Virus record (IMG/VR): IMGVR_UViG_2713897056_000007
DNA length: 15,044 bases
Source of the DNA: a virus
Lineage: Duplodnaviria; Heunggongvirae; Uroviricota; Caudoviricetes
Direction: 5' to 3' (one strand)
The position numbers were made by a program, and so were the translations under genes. Position 1 is the stretch's first letter; each line of letters starts with the position of its first letter. The notes under the pieces are model-generated. The model saw only the letters and a list, made by a program, of their open reading frames with translations. It did no database searches and was not told the DNA's origin. This document shows, in pieces, positions 6,645 to 13,763 of the stretch.

Positions 6645-7616
6645 TCAAAATTCCGGTCCGGTCCAAAAAAACGTCGTCGCTCGCTGAACAAATTCCGTTC
6701 CCGTTTTCCCGGTAGCCGCCAAGTATCTTGCGTAACGCCTCACGCCATCCAGCATGGCCTCTGGTGGCACCCCCTCGCGTAATCTGGCCTTCCAGGCACT
6801 GAAAGCGGATTTCTTCGGGTTTGCCCCAGCACGCAACGGGTACTCCCGCCAGACCTGTTCGAACACATCCGGATAATCCACTCGTCCCACAGACTGCCCG
6901 ATGTTTTCCGGGACTACCCGATCGGCTTCCCGCTGAATGGCGGAATCGGCTTCGGGCTGCTGCAGTTGGTGTGATTGCTCCGGCCTTGCGGTCATCACCT
7001 GCTGCACAGCGCCCGAATCGGCTTTCAGCGCATACGCTGAATCGGCTTCCGGTGTCGTGCCTGCTGGCTGACCAGGATTGACGGTCTGAACATCCCCTGC
7101 CTGGTTCGTGGCGTTTTTTACGCCATGGACCATAGTGTTTTGATCTTCTTGATCTGTATCTTTATCTGTATCTTTATCTGTCGTGACTCGTCGTGACATG
7201 TGCGTGACATTTCGTGACGCGCCGTGACAATCGCCATTTTGTTCCCGCTTTCTTTCCCTCTCTCGCTGCGCCCTCTTGCGCTCTGCAGGAGATTTTGCGG
7301 TTTGCGAAATATTGCCGTTGTCCTCTTTAAGCACCTGGCGTTTTTCCCATCCAGTGATTAAATCACCATCAAGTACCCGCCCCTGCATCGTCTGCAAAAT
7401 TGAATCAATTACCTCTTCTGTCACGTCGAGCGCACTTGCCAAATCTTCTGTCGTGACATCAATGTGACCTCGCGTGACATTTCGTGACGCGCTCACCAGG
7501 AGGTGGATATACACTGCCATCACTGTTGCAATTGGCTGCCCTGACACCCTGGCAATTGTTCGCCACTTAGGGTCATTTGGCATGTCATGCCATAATCTGA
7601 GCCAGGCGTTAGCCAT
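6645..7616 (-). CDS. Phage replisome organizer / replication initiation protein (lambda O-like)
   Basis: ATG at 7616 with AGAGG upstream (track ORF starts at a GTG two codons earlier). N-terminus MANAWLRLWHDMPNDPKWRTIARVSGQPIATVMAVYIHLL is typical of the phage replisome-organizer N-terminal domain. Gene carries internal iteron-like repeats, as lambda O does. Confidence 0.75.
   Translation of the reverse strand: MANAWLRLWHDMPNDPKWRTIARVSGQPIATVMAVYIHLLVSASRNVTRGHIDVTTEDLASALDVTEEVIDSILQTMQGRVLDGDLITGWEKRQVLKEDNGNISQTAKSPAERKRAQRERERKREQNGDCHGASRNVTHMSRRVTTDKDTDKDTDQEDQNTMVHGVKNATNQAGDVQTVNPGQPAGTTPEADSAYALKADSGAVQQVMTARPEQSHQLQQPEADSAIQREADRVVPENIGQSVGRVDYPDVFEQVWREYPLRAGANPKKSAFSAWKARLREGVPPEAMLDGVRRYARYLAATGKTGTEFVQRATTFFWTGPEF
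7148..7228. repeat. Iteron-like array inside the O-like gene: tandem ATCTGTATCTTT units, then five CGTGAC motifs at 10-11 bp spacing (candidate ori)
   Basis: CGTGAC at 7182, 7192, 7203, 7213 and 7223; tandem 12-mer ATCTGTATCTTT at 7152-7175; GATC sites at 7142 and 7151. Encoded on the minus strand as ...SRRVTTDKDTDKDTD... Confidence 0.55.
7452..7488. repeat. Second CGTGAC iteron-like cluster within the O-like gene
   Basis: CGTGAC/TGTGAC at 7452, 7463, 7473 and 7483 at about 10-bp spacing; the 21-mer GCGTGACATTTCGTGACGCGC is identical to 7202-7222; an inverted copy GTCACG sits at 7419-7424. Confidence 0.5.
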
Positions 7617-7687
7617 ACTCACCTCTTCTGATACCGAATCTTTTTACTCACGAGTTGCCGGAAGCGATTCGATATGGCTATTGTCAG

Positions 7688-8113
7688 TCAATGTACTGCC
7701 ACAGCATTTCCTGCCGGGCCACCACGGTTCATCTGATTGAAACCGGCGATTGCCACTGCGACAAAATCATCAGCGTCTCTCACCAGTCGCTCCCGCGTCT
7801 CCACCAGCTCCCGAAAATAAGCTGAACTGTGGCTGCGCATTCTGGCCACCAGCAAAGGTGGCATTGCCTTTTCGATCGCTGGTAACAACGCCTGAATTTT
7901 TTCAACTGCATCAGGGGTGTCTTTCTCTATCCAGCGGAAAATTTTCTGGGTATTGCGAGCCAGGGCTTCCGGATGGCTGTCGTCGTACAGTTCAGGAAAC
8001 GTCATACCCAACTCAAAATAAGCCTGGGTTATTCCAGCTGCCGGAACTTTTTCGCCATCAGGACGCGCCCAGGCATTCATCGCCATGCGGATGTGTTCAT
8101 GCTTGATTTTCAT
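7688..8113 (-). CDS. ydaT: YdaT-like protein (CII-position gene of Rac-type immunity regions)
   Basis: ATG at 8113 preceded by AAGGGGGGA; 141-aa product MKIKHEHIRMAMNAWARPDGEK... Immediately downstream of, and overlapping, the Cro-like gene, as in Rac ydaS-ydaT. Family assignment from memory and synteny. Confidence 0.6.
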   Translation of the reverse strand: MKIKHEHIRMAMNAWARPDGEKVPAAGITQAYFELGMTFPELYDDSHPEALARNTQKIFRWIEKDTPDAVEKIQALLPAIEKAMPPLLVARMRSHSSAYFRELVETRERLVRDADDFVAVAIAGFNQMNRGGPAGNAVAVH

Positions 8114-8339
8114 GAATCCCCCCTTGGTTAGAAGGCGGATTATGATCAGAACCGGGAATGACAACCGTCGGTATGTGTAACTCATATTTGAGCGCCCCGG
8201 CAGTGACTGCCTGAATTAGCAACGCCCATTTCCACGGAACCTCTTCCCCCCACATACTGACTGTGGTTTTTGACGTTCCTAGAGCTGCGGCTGTTTTAAC
8301 AACTCCGCCAAAATAGCCTAATACTTCTGATTTTTTCAT
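8097..8339 (-). CDS. ydaS: YdaS-like Cro-type HTH regulator (cro analogue)
   Basis: ATG at 8339 with GGAG 6 nt upstream; 80-aa product MKKSEVLGYFGGVVKTAAALGTSKTTVSMWGEEVPW... (HTH of YdaS/Cro type). Divergent from the CI-like repressor; overlaps the ydaT start by 17 nt. Confidence 0.6.
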   Translation of the reverse strand: MKKSEVLGYFGGVVKTAAALGTSKTTVSMWGEEVPWKWALLIQAVTAGALKYELHIPTVVIPGSDHNPPSNQGGIHENQA

Positions 8340-8367
8340 GAGTCGCTCCATAAAACTGAACGCCAAA

Positions 8368-8433
8368 AGTTTAATAATCAAAACCAAAGAAAGTCAAGAA
8401 ACAAAACCATCTGTGTTTTAAAATCAAAACATG
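8368..8433. promoter_or_regulatory. Divergent PR / PRM-like switch region with operator palindromes
   Basis: Minus strand: -35 TTGACT (8397-8392), 18-bp spacer, -10 TAAACT (8373-8368), upstream of ydaS. Plus strand: -10-like TAAAAT (8419-8424) about 7 bp before the cI ATG, with no SD. Palindrome TGTTTT-N6-AAAACA (8414-8431) overlaps the cI start; a weaker copy at 8369-8384. Confidence 0.45.
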
Positions 8434-9069
8434 AACAAGCAAACAATATCTGAACGCATAACCCAACGTATGCATGCGCTAAACCTGAAAGGCAAAGACC
8501 TTGTCAATGCCACTGGCGCATCAAAAGGCTCCGTAAGTCAATGGATGAACGGTGGAGGAGCGCCGTCCTCGCGTTACATAAGTTCACTGGCAAAAATATT
8601 GAAAGTAAACGAAAATTGGCTTCTTAATGGAGGAGAGTTAAATACAGGTGATTCGCTTGATCTATCTTTACCGCCGATAAAAACGGTTCCGCTACTATCA
8701 CTTCAGCAGGCAGCAAGCTGGAGTGATTATATGAAAAATTCCTCAATAACCTCTTGTGTGCAGCTTGTCGGAGAAATCCCGGCCAATACCTTTGCAGTTG
8801 TTCTAGAGAGTGACAGTATGTCAACATCTGGTGGGGGAGTTTCCATCCCAAATGGTTCAACAGTTTTTGTTGATCCCGATCGAACCGTACAACCAGGAAA
8901 TATTGTCCTTGCCTTACCCAAAGGGACCACAACACCTGTCATTCGTAAACTGGAGATAGAAGGGCCGGATATTCTTTTAGTCCCCACGAATCCTCGCTAC
9001 CCTTCAATTATGCTGGATGATCTATCTTGCATATTGGGCGTATGCTTTAAAATTCAACAAAATATTTAA
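8431..9069 (+). CDS. CI-like prophage repressor (N-terminal HTH, C-terminal S24/LexA-type autopeptidase)
   Basis: 212-aa product; HTH region LKGKDLVNATGASKGSVSQWMNG; C-terminal ...VVLESDSMSTSG...VIRKLE...LLVPTNPRYPSIM parallels lambda CI (EGNSM ... FKKLIRD ... LQPLNPQYPMIP). Divergently placed relative to the Cro-like gene. Confidence 0.8.
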   Translation: MNKQTISERITQRMHALNLKGKDLVNATGASKGSVSQWMNGGGAPSSRYISSLAKILKVNENWLLNGGELNTGDSLDLSLPPIKTVPLLSLQQAASWSDYMKNSSITSCVQLVGEIPANTFAVVLESDSMSTSGGGVSIPNGSTVFVDPDRTVQPGNIVLALPKGTTTPVIRKLEIEGPDILLVPTNPRYPSIMLDDLSCILGVCFKIQQNI

Positions 9070-9134
9070 CCGACCTCATCTATTTGATTAACTGTATGCC
9101 ATCGTGGTGATGGCTTAACAGCTGCCTGCTTAAA

Positions 9135-9182
9135 ATGTTTTGATAAAAAAACATTGACCTGAAAAGTTCATTTTTCTAAACT
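9135..9182 (+). promoter_or_regulatory. PL-like early-left promoter with overlapping operator palindrome
   Basis: -35 TTGACC (9154-9159), 17-bp spacer, -10 TAAACT (9177-9182), the same -10 hexamer as the PR candidate. Palindrome ATGTTTT-N6-AAAACAT (9135-9154) abuts the -35 and matches the operator motif at 8414-8431. Confidence 0.4.
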
Positions 9183-9361
9183 TCATTCATTCCCTCTCCC
9201 CACCCCACAGAATGCAGGGCAATACTTCTAGTTACCAGGCAGTGGTCAGGGGTTAAGTAGCCAGCCCGAGGCGTAAGAACATGACGGCAGGGTTCAACTT
9301 TAATAACTATGCAGCAGGTTTTTGTTCCGCTACCCCGGCGTTAAGGGGAAATGAGGTCAGC

Positions 9362-9517
9362 ATGGATACTATCGATCTTGGCAACAGCGAATCTCTGGTA
9401 TGTGGCGTGTTCCCCAACCAGGACGGTACGTTCACCGCGATGACGTATACCAAAAGCAAAACGTTTAAAACCGAAAATGGTGCCCGTCGCTGGCTGGAAA
9501 GAAACTCAGGTGAGTGA
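9362..9517 (+). CDS. ydfA: YdfA-like small prophage protein (51 aa)
   Basis: ATG at 9362 with GAGGT upstream; MDTIDLGNSESLVCGVFPNQDGTFTAMTYTKSKTFKTENGARRWLERNSGE. Length and position (first gene after the repressor, before ydfB/ydfC/dicF/dicB) match the Qin dicA-ydfABC-dicF-dicB operon as I recall it. Track ORF 9281-9517 is the same frame extended upstream. Confidence 0.55.
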   Translation: MDTIDLGNSESLVCGVFPNQDGTFTAMTYTKSKTFKTENGARRWLERNSGE

Positions 9518-9518
9518 T

Positions 9519-9647
9519 ATGGATTTCGACACAATCATGGAAAAGGCTTACGAAGAATACTTCGAAGGCCTTGCCGAAGGCGAAGAAGCTCTCAGCTTCA
9601 GTGAGTTTAAACAGGCGCTTTCCAGCTCGGCAAAATCTAACGGCTGA
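9519..9647 (+). CDS. ydfB: YdfB-like small acidic protein (42 aa)
   Basis: ATG at 9519 with AGGTGA 5 nt upstream, overlapping the ydfA stop; MDFDTIMEKAYEEYFEGLAEGEEALSFSEFKQALSSSAKSNG. Not in the ORF track (short). The out-of-frame track ORF 9514-9723 looks non-coding. Confidence 0.5.
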   Translation: MDFDTIMEKAYEEYFEGLAEGEEALSFSEFKQALSSSAKSNG

Positions 9648-9676
9648 TAAGCGAAGCAGCACCGCGAGGAATCAGT

Positions 9677-9898
9677 ATGCAGAAACGAGAACCCGTCATC
9701 ATCGCGCCAGACTATACCAATGATGAACTTTATGAGTGGATGCGCCAGAAAATTAATGCAGCGCAGGATTTGAAATGGGCCAATGAAGCCAGGGCTAAGC
9801 AGGCTGAAAATCTGTCCGCTCTGGAGCAGGATATCACCAATCTGGAAAAAGCAGCGGCATTAAGCATTGCCAGAATGATTACATACCCGCGTGAATAG
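9677..9898 (+). CDS. ydfC: YdfC-like small prophage protein (73 aa)
   Basis: ATG at 9677 with GAGGA 6 nt upstream; MQKREPVIIAPDYTNDELYEWMRQKINAAQDLKWANEARAKQAENLSALEQDITNLEKAA... Position and size fit ydfC. Confidence 0.55.
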   Translation: MQKREPVIIAPDYTNDELYEWMRQKINAAQDLKWANEARAKQAENLSALEQDITNLEKAAALSIARMITYPRE

Positions 9899-10241
9899 CT
9901 AACCAACGAAGCTAAGGTTGGTAATTAAGGAGTTCTCCACGGGTGAGGTGGAGTGCGTGCGCCGGACACGGGTGAGCATCCGGCACTGACAGTTTACTGA
10001 AAGGATATTTCCCTGAAAAGTCAGACCATAACGCGAAAGCGCACGGCGAGGTAGCTGGTTCATAGATAGCCTGTCGTTAAATTTTCGTCGACCGTGCGCT
10101 TCCGGTTGTGGCAATCCGCGAAATGGCGCGGCGGTAAGTATGGCGGGGTTATTCCTTCCACCGTTGAGGACACCGGGTTGTCAGGTTGACCATACGCTTA
10201 AGTGACAACCCCGCTGCAACGCCCTCTGTTATCAATTTTCT

Positions 10242-10294
10242 GGTGACGTTTGGCGGTATCAGTTTTACTCCGTGACTGCTCTGCCGCCCTTTTT
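10242..10294 (+). ncRNA. dicF: DicF small regulatory RNA (antisense inhibitor of ftsZ and other mRNAs)
   Basis: TTTCTGGTGACGTTTGGCGGTATCAGTTTTACTCCGTGACTGCTCTGCCGCCC followed by TTTTT matches my memory of the 53-nt DicF sequence including its intrinsic terminator; located just upstream of dicB as in Qin. Confidence 0.85.
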
Positions 10295-10463
10295 AAAGTG
10301 AATTTTGTGATGTGGTGAATGCGGCTAAGCGCACGCGGAACAGTTAAAACCAAAAACAGTGTTATGGGTGGATTCTCTGTATCCGGCGTTAATTGTTAAC
10401 TGGTTAACGTCACCTGGAGGCACCAGGCACTGCATCACAAAATTCATTGTTGAGGACGCGATA

Positions 10464-10652
10464 ATGAAAACGTTATTACCAAACGTTAATACGTCTGAAG
10501 GTTGTTTTGAAATTGGTGTCACTATCAGTAACCCTGTATTTACTGAAGATGCCATTAACAAGAGAAAACAAGAACGGGAGCTATTAAATAAAATATGCAT
10601 TGTTTCAATGCTGGCTCGTTTACGTCTGATGCCAAAAGGATGTGCACAATGA
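10464..10652 (+). CDS. dicB: Cell division inhibitor DicB (MinC-dependent)
   Basis: ATG at 10464 with GAGGA 7 nt upstream; 62 aa MKTLLPNVNTSEGCFEIGVTISNPVFTEDAINKRKQERELLNKICIVSMLARLRLMPKGCAQ, recognised as DicB. Track ORF 10359-10652 is an upstream extension of this frame. Confidence 0.85.
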   Translation: MKTLLPNVNTSEGCFEIGVTISNPVFTEDAINKRKQERELLNKICIVSMLARLRLMPKGCAQ

Positions 10653-10840
10653 ATTCAGCATTTGCGCTTGTTCTGACAGTTTTTCTTGTTTCCGGAGAGC
10701 CAGTTGATATTGCAGTCAGTGTTCACAGGACAATGCAGGAGTGTATGACTGCAGCAACCGAACAGAAAATTCCCGGTAACTGTTACCCGGTCGATAAAGT
10801 TATTCACCAGGATAATATCGAAATCCCGGCAGGTCTTTAA
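10649..10840 (+). CDS. ydfD: YdfD-like small membrane protein (reported lysis-inducing prophage protein)
   Basis: ATG at 10649 overlaps the dicB stop (ATGA); 63 aa MNSAFALVLTVFLVSGEPVDIAVSVHRTMQECMTAATEQKIPGNCYPVDKVIHQDNIEIPAGL with an N-terminal hydrophobic helix. Follows dicB as in Qin. Confidence 0.7.
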   Translation: MNSAFALVLTVFLVSGEPVDIAVSVHRTMQECMTAATEQKIPGNCYPVDKVIHQDNIEIPAGL

Positions 10841-10933
10841 AACAGTTCCGTAATAAATATCCGGTTTCATTCTTATATGCCAGCAATGGCAGGGATTTGT
10901 TCATCCTTAAATCTGTCATGAGGTTAAAACAAA

Positions 10934-13405
10934 ATGAGTAAAGTCTTTATTTGCGCCGCTATTCCTGACGAACTGGCAACAAGGGAAGAAGGCGCTGTGG
11001 CTGTAGCCACAGCCATTGAAGCTGGCGACGAACGCCGTGCTCGAGCAAAATTTCACTGGCAGTTCCTGGAACATTATCCGGCTGCTCAGGACTGCGCTTA
11101 TAAATTTATTGTCTGCGAGGATAAACCTGGCATACCCCGCCCTGCCCTCGATTCATGGGATGCTGAATATATGCAGGAAAACCGCTGGGATGAGGAGTCT
11201 GCTTCTTTTGTCCCGGTTGAGACTGAATCCGATCCGATGAACGTCACTTTTGACAAGCTGGCCCCTGAAGTACAGAACGCTGTCATGGTTAAGTTCGACA
11301 CATGTGAAAACATCACCGTTGATATGGTTATTAGCGCACAGGAATTGTTGCAGGAAGACATGGCAACATTCGACGGACATATCGTTGAAGCGTTGATGAA
11401 AATGCCAGAAGTTAACGCCATGTATCCGGAGCTTAAGTTGCACGCCATTGGGTGGGTTAAGCATAAATGTATTCCTGGTGCTAAATGGCCCGAAATTCAG
11501 GCAGAGATGCGCATCTGGAAAAAACGTCGCGAAGGTGAACGCAAGGAAACCGGAAAATACACGTCTGTTGTTGATCTCGCCCGCGCCAGAGCCAATCAAC
11601 AGTACACTGAAAATTCAACAGGAAAAATCAGCCCGGTCATTGCTGCCATTCATCGCGAATACAAGCAGACATGGAAAACACTGGATGACGAACTGGCCTA
11701 CGCTCTCTGGCCTGGTGATGTGGATGCCGGAAACATTGACGGCAGCATCCATCGCTGGGCAAAAAAAGAAGTTATCGACAACGACCGCGAAGACTGGAAG
11801 CGTATCTCGGCATCAATGCGCAAACAGCCTGATGCCCTTCGCTACGACCGCCAGACTATTTTTGGCCTTGTCCGTGAGCGTCCGATCGACATTCACAAAG
11901 ATCCCATAGCACTGAACAAATATATCTGCGAATACCTGACGACAAAGGGCGTGTTTGAGAATGAAGAAACAGACCTGGGCACTGTTGATGTTCTCCAGTC
12001 ATCAGAAACACAAACTGATGCAGTGGAAACTGAGGTATCTGATATCCCAAAAAATGAAACCGCGCCGGAAGCTGAACCATCTGTAGAGCGTGAGGGGCCG
12101 TTCTATTTCCTCTTCGCAGATAAGGACGGAGAAAAATACGGTCGCGCAAACAAACTTTCTGGTCTGGATAAGGCACTGGCTGCTGGCGCCACTGAAATCA
12201 CAAAAGAAGAATATTTTGCCCGAAAAAATGGCACATACACGGGCTTACCGCAAAATGTAGATACCGCTGAAGATTCAGAACAACCAGAGCCGATAAAAGT
12301 TACCGCTGACGAAGTAAACAAAATTATGCAGGCAGCCAATATCAGCCAGCCTGACGCCGATAAGTTGCTTGCTGCATCACGTGGTGAATTTGTTGAAGGG
12401 ATTAGTGACCCGAATGATCCGAAATGGGTTAAGGGGATCCAGACCCGCGATTCTGTGAACCAGAACCAGCATGAATCGGAACGGAACTACCAAAAAGCGG
12501 AACAAAACAGCACAAATGCGTTACAAAACGAGCCAGAAACGAAACAGCCTGAACCAGTGGCGCAACAGGAAGTGGAAAAAGTCTGCACCGCCTGCGGTCA
12601 GACCGGCGGCGGCAACTGCCCTGATTGTGGCGCGGTGATGGGCGACGCAACATACCAAGAAACATTCGATGAAGAGTATCAGGTTGAAGTTCAGGAAGAT
12701 GATCCGGAGGAAATGGAAGGCGCTGAACATCCACACAAGGAGAACACTGGCGGCAATCAGCATCACAATAGCGATAATGAAACTGGCGAGACGGCAGATC
12801 ACTCAATTAAGGTGAACGGTCATCACGAAATCACATCCACCAGCAGGACGTGTGACCATCTAATGATCGACCTTGAAACCATGGGAAAAAATCCTGATGC
12901 CCCGATCATCTCAATAGGTGCAATATTTTTCGATCCGCAAACCGGAGATATGGGACCGGAATTTAGTAAGACTATCGATCTGGAAACTGCTGGCGGAGTC
13001 ATTGATCGGGACACCTTTAAATGGTGGCTTAAGCAATCACGCGAAGCGCAATCTGCCATTATGACCGATGAAATCCCGTTAGATGATGCACTGTTACAAT
13101 TGCGGGAATTTATCGACGAAAACTCCGGTGAATTTTTTGTTCAGGTTTGGGGAAATGGAGCCAACTTCGACAACACGATTTTGCGCCGTTCATACGAACG
13201 GCAGGGGATCCCCTGCCCGTGGCGTTACTACAACGATCGCGATGTACGCACAATCGTTGAGCTGGGGAAAGCCATAGACTTCGATGCCAGAACGGCTATT
13301 CCATTCGAAGGTGAGCGCCATAATGCACTTGATGACGCCCGTTACCAGGCAAAATACGTTTCAGTTATCTGGCAAAAACTGATCCCGAGTCAGGCTGATT
13401 CTTAA
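10934..13405 (+). CDS. Large prophage exonuclease (YdfE / exodeoxyribonuclease VIII-like) with acidic linker, CxxC zinc ribbon and C-terminal DEDDh 3'-5' exonuclease domain
   Basis: 823-aa ORF, GAGGT upstream of the ATG. C-terminal motifs IDLETMG (Exo I), WGNGANFD (Exo II) and HNALDDARY (Exo III) define a DnaQ-like DEDDh fold. CTACGQTGGGNCPDCG is a zinc-ribbon-type motif. Sits between ydfD and xis/int where Qin has ydfE. Confidence 0.8.
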   Translation: MSKVFICAAIPDELATREEGAVAVATAIEAGDERRARAKFHWQFLEHYPAAQDCAYKFIVCEDKPGIPRPALDSWDAEYMQENRWDEESASFVPVETESDPMNVTFDKLAPEVQNAVMVKFDTCENITVDMVISAQELLQEDMATFDGHIVEALMKMPEVNAMYPELKLHAIGWVKHKCIPGAKWPEIQAEMRIWKKRREGERKETGKYTSVVDLARARANQQYTENSTGKISPVIAAIHREYKQTWKTLDDELAYALWPGDVDAGNIDGSIHRWAKKEVIDNDREDWKRISASMRKQPDALRYDRQTIFGLVRERPIDIHKDPIALNKYICEYLTTKGVFENEETDLGTVDVLQSSETQTDAVETEVSDIPKNETAPEAEPSVEREGPFYFLFADKDGEKYGRANKLSGLDKALAAGATEITKEEYFARKNGTYTGLPQNVDTAEDSEQPEPIKVTADEVNKIMQAANISQPDADKLLAASRGEFVEGISDPNDPKWVKGIQTRDSVNQNQHESERNYQKAEQNSTNALQNEPETKQPEPVAQQEVEKVCTACGQTGGGNCPDCGAVMGDATYQETFDEEYQVEVQEDDPEEMEGAEHPHKENTGGNQHHNSDNETGETADHSIKVNGHHEITSTSRTCDHLMIDLETMGKNPDAPIISIGAIFFDPQTGDMGPEFSKTIDLETAGGVIDRDTFKWWLKQSREAQSAIMTDEIPLDDALLQLREFIDENSGEFFVQVWGNGANFDNTILRRSYERQGIPCPWRYYNDRDVRTIVELGKAIDFDARTAIPFEGERHNALDDARYQAKYVSVIWQKLIPSQADS

Positions 13406-13477
13406 TGTTCAACTGTCGCCGGTTGTGACTGGTATTCTGCAACCGGCGCTCGTCTGATGTAAGAGATAAAGAAATCG

Positions 13478-13729
13478 ATGAGCGAAGTAATCATGATTGT
13501 CTCTCCCGGCAAATGGGTATCCGAAGAGCAGTTAATTGCGCTGAAAGGAATAAAAAAAGGTACGTTAAAAAAGGCCCGGGAAAAATCGTTTATGGAAGGA
13601 AGGGAATATAAGCATGTCGCTCATGACGGTATGCCATGGGATAACAGTCCATGCTTTTACAACCTGGAAGAAATTGATCGCTGGATTGAGCGCCAGGCAT
13701 CAGCGAGACCAAGACGTCATCTTACTTGA
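13478..13729 (+). CDS. Excisionase-like protein (putative Xis)
   Basis: 83-aa ORF immediately upstream of the integrase; small basic protein MSEVIMIVSPGKWVSEEQLIALKGIKKGTLKKAREK... Position and size are typical of lambdoid/e14-type excisionases. Start could instead be the ATG at 13493. Confidence 0.6.
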   Translation: MSEVIMIVSPGKWVSEEQLIALKGIKKGTLKKAREKSFMEGREYKHVAHDGMPWDNSPCFYNLEEIDRWIERQASARPRRHLT

Positions 13730-13763
13730 CTAAAAGCCACACTAACTAATGAGAGAAGTTGAA

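Noticed and set aside
6332-8106. Plus-strand ORFs 6332-6541, 6821-7081, 7276-7467, 7474-7740, 7750-8106
   Set aside because: Antisense shadow ORFs of the 140-aa gene, the replisome-organizer gene and ydaT; no SD sequences and low-complexity translations.
8624-8987. Minus-strand ORFs 8624-8935 and 8727-8987
   Set aside because: Antisense to the well-supported CI-like repressor gene.
9099-9115. Hairpin GCCATC-GTGGT-GATGGC after the cI stop, as a possible terminator
   Set aside because: No U-tract follows on either strand, so it is not called as an intrinsic terminator; it may still be a processing or binding site.
9307-10114. ORFs 9307-9534 (-), 9465-9662 (-), 9514-9723 (+) and 9899-10114 (-)
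   Set aside because: The first three overlap ydfA/ydfB in wrong frames or strands; the plus-strand one is out of frame with the SD-anchored ydfB. The last falls in the structured non-coding DicF precursor region and has no start signals.
10325-10870. Minus-strand ORFs 10325-10600 and 10655-10870; long plus-strand versions 10359-10652 and 10595-10840
   Set aside because: The minus-strand ORFs are antisense to dicB and ydfD. The plus-strand long forms are upstream extensions of dicB and ydfD from non-canonical starts; the shorter ATG-initiated genes with SD sequences are preferred.
11016-13277. Multiple overlapping ORFs on both strands inside 10934-13405 (for example 11153-11599 -, 11448-11909 +, 12429-12806 -)
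   Set aside because: All lie within the 823-aa exonuclease gene, whose frame shows clear domain motifs; the others are shadow frames.
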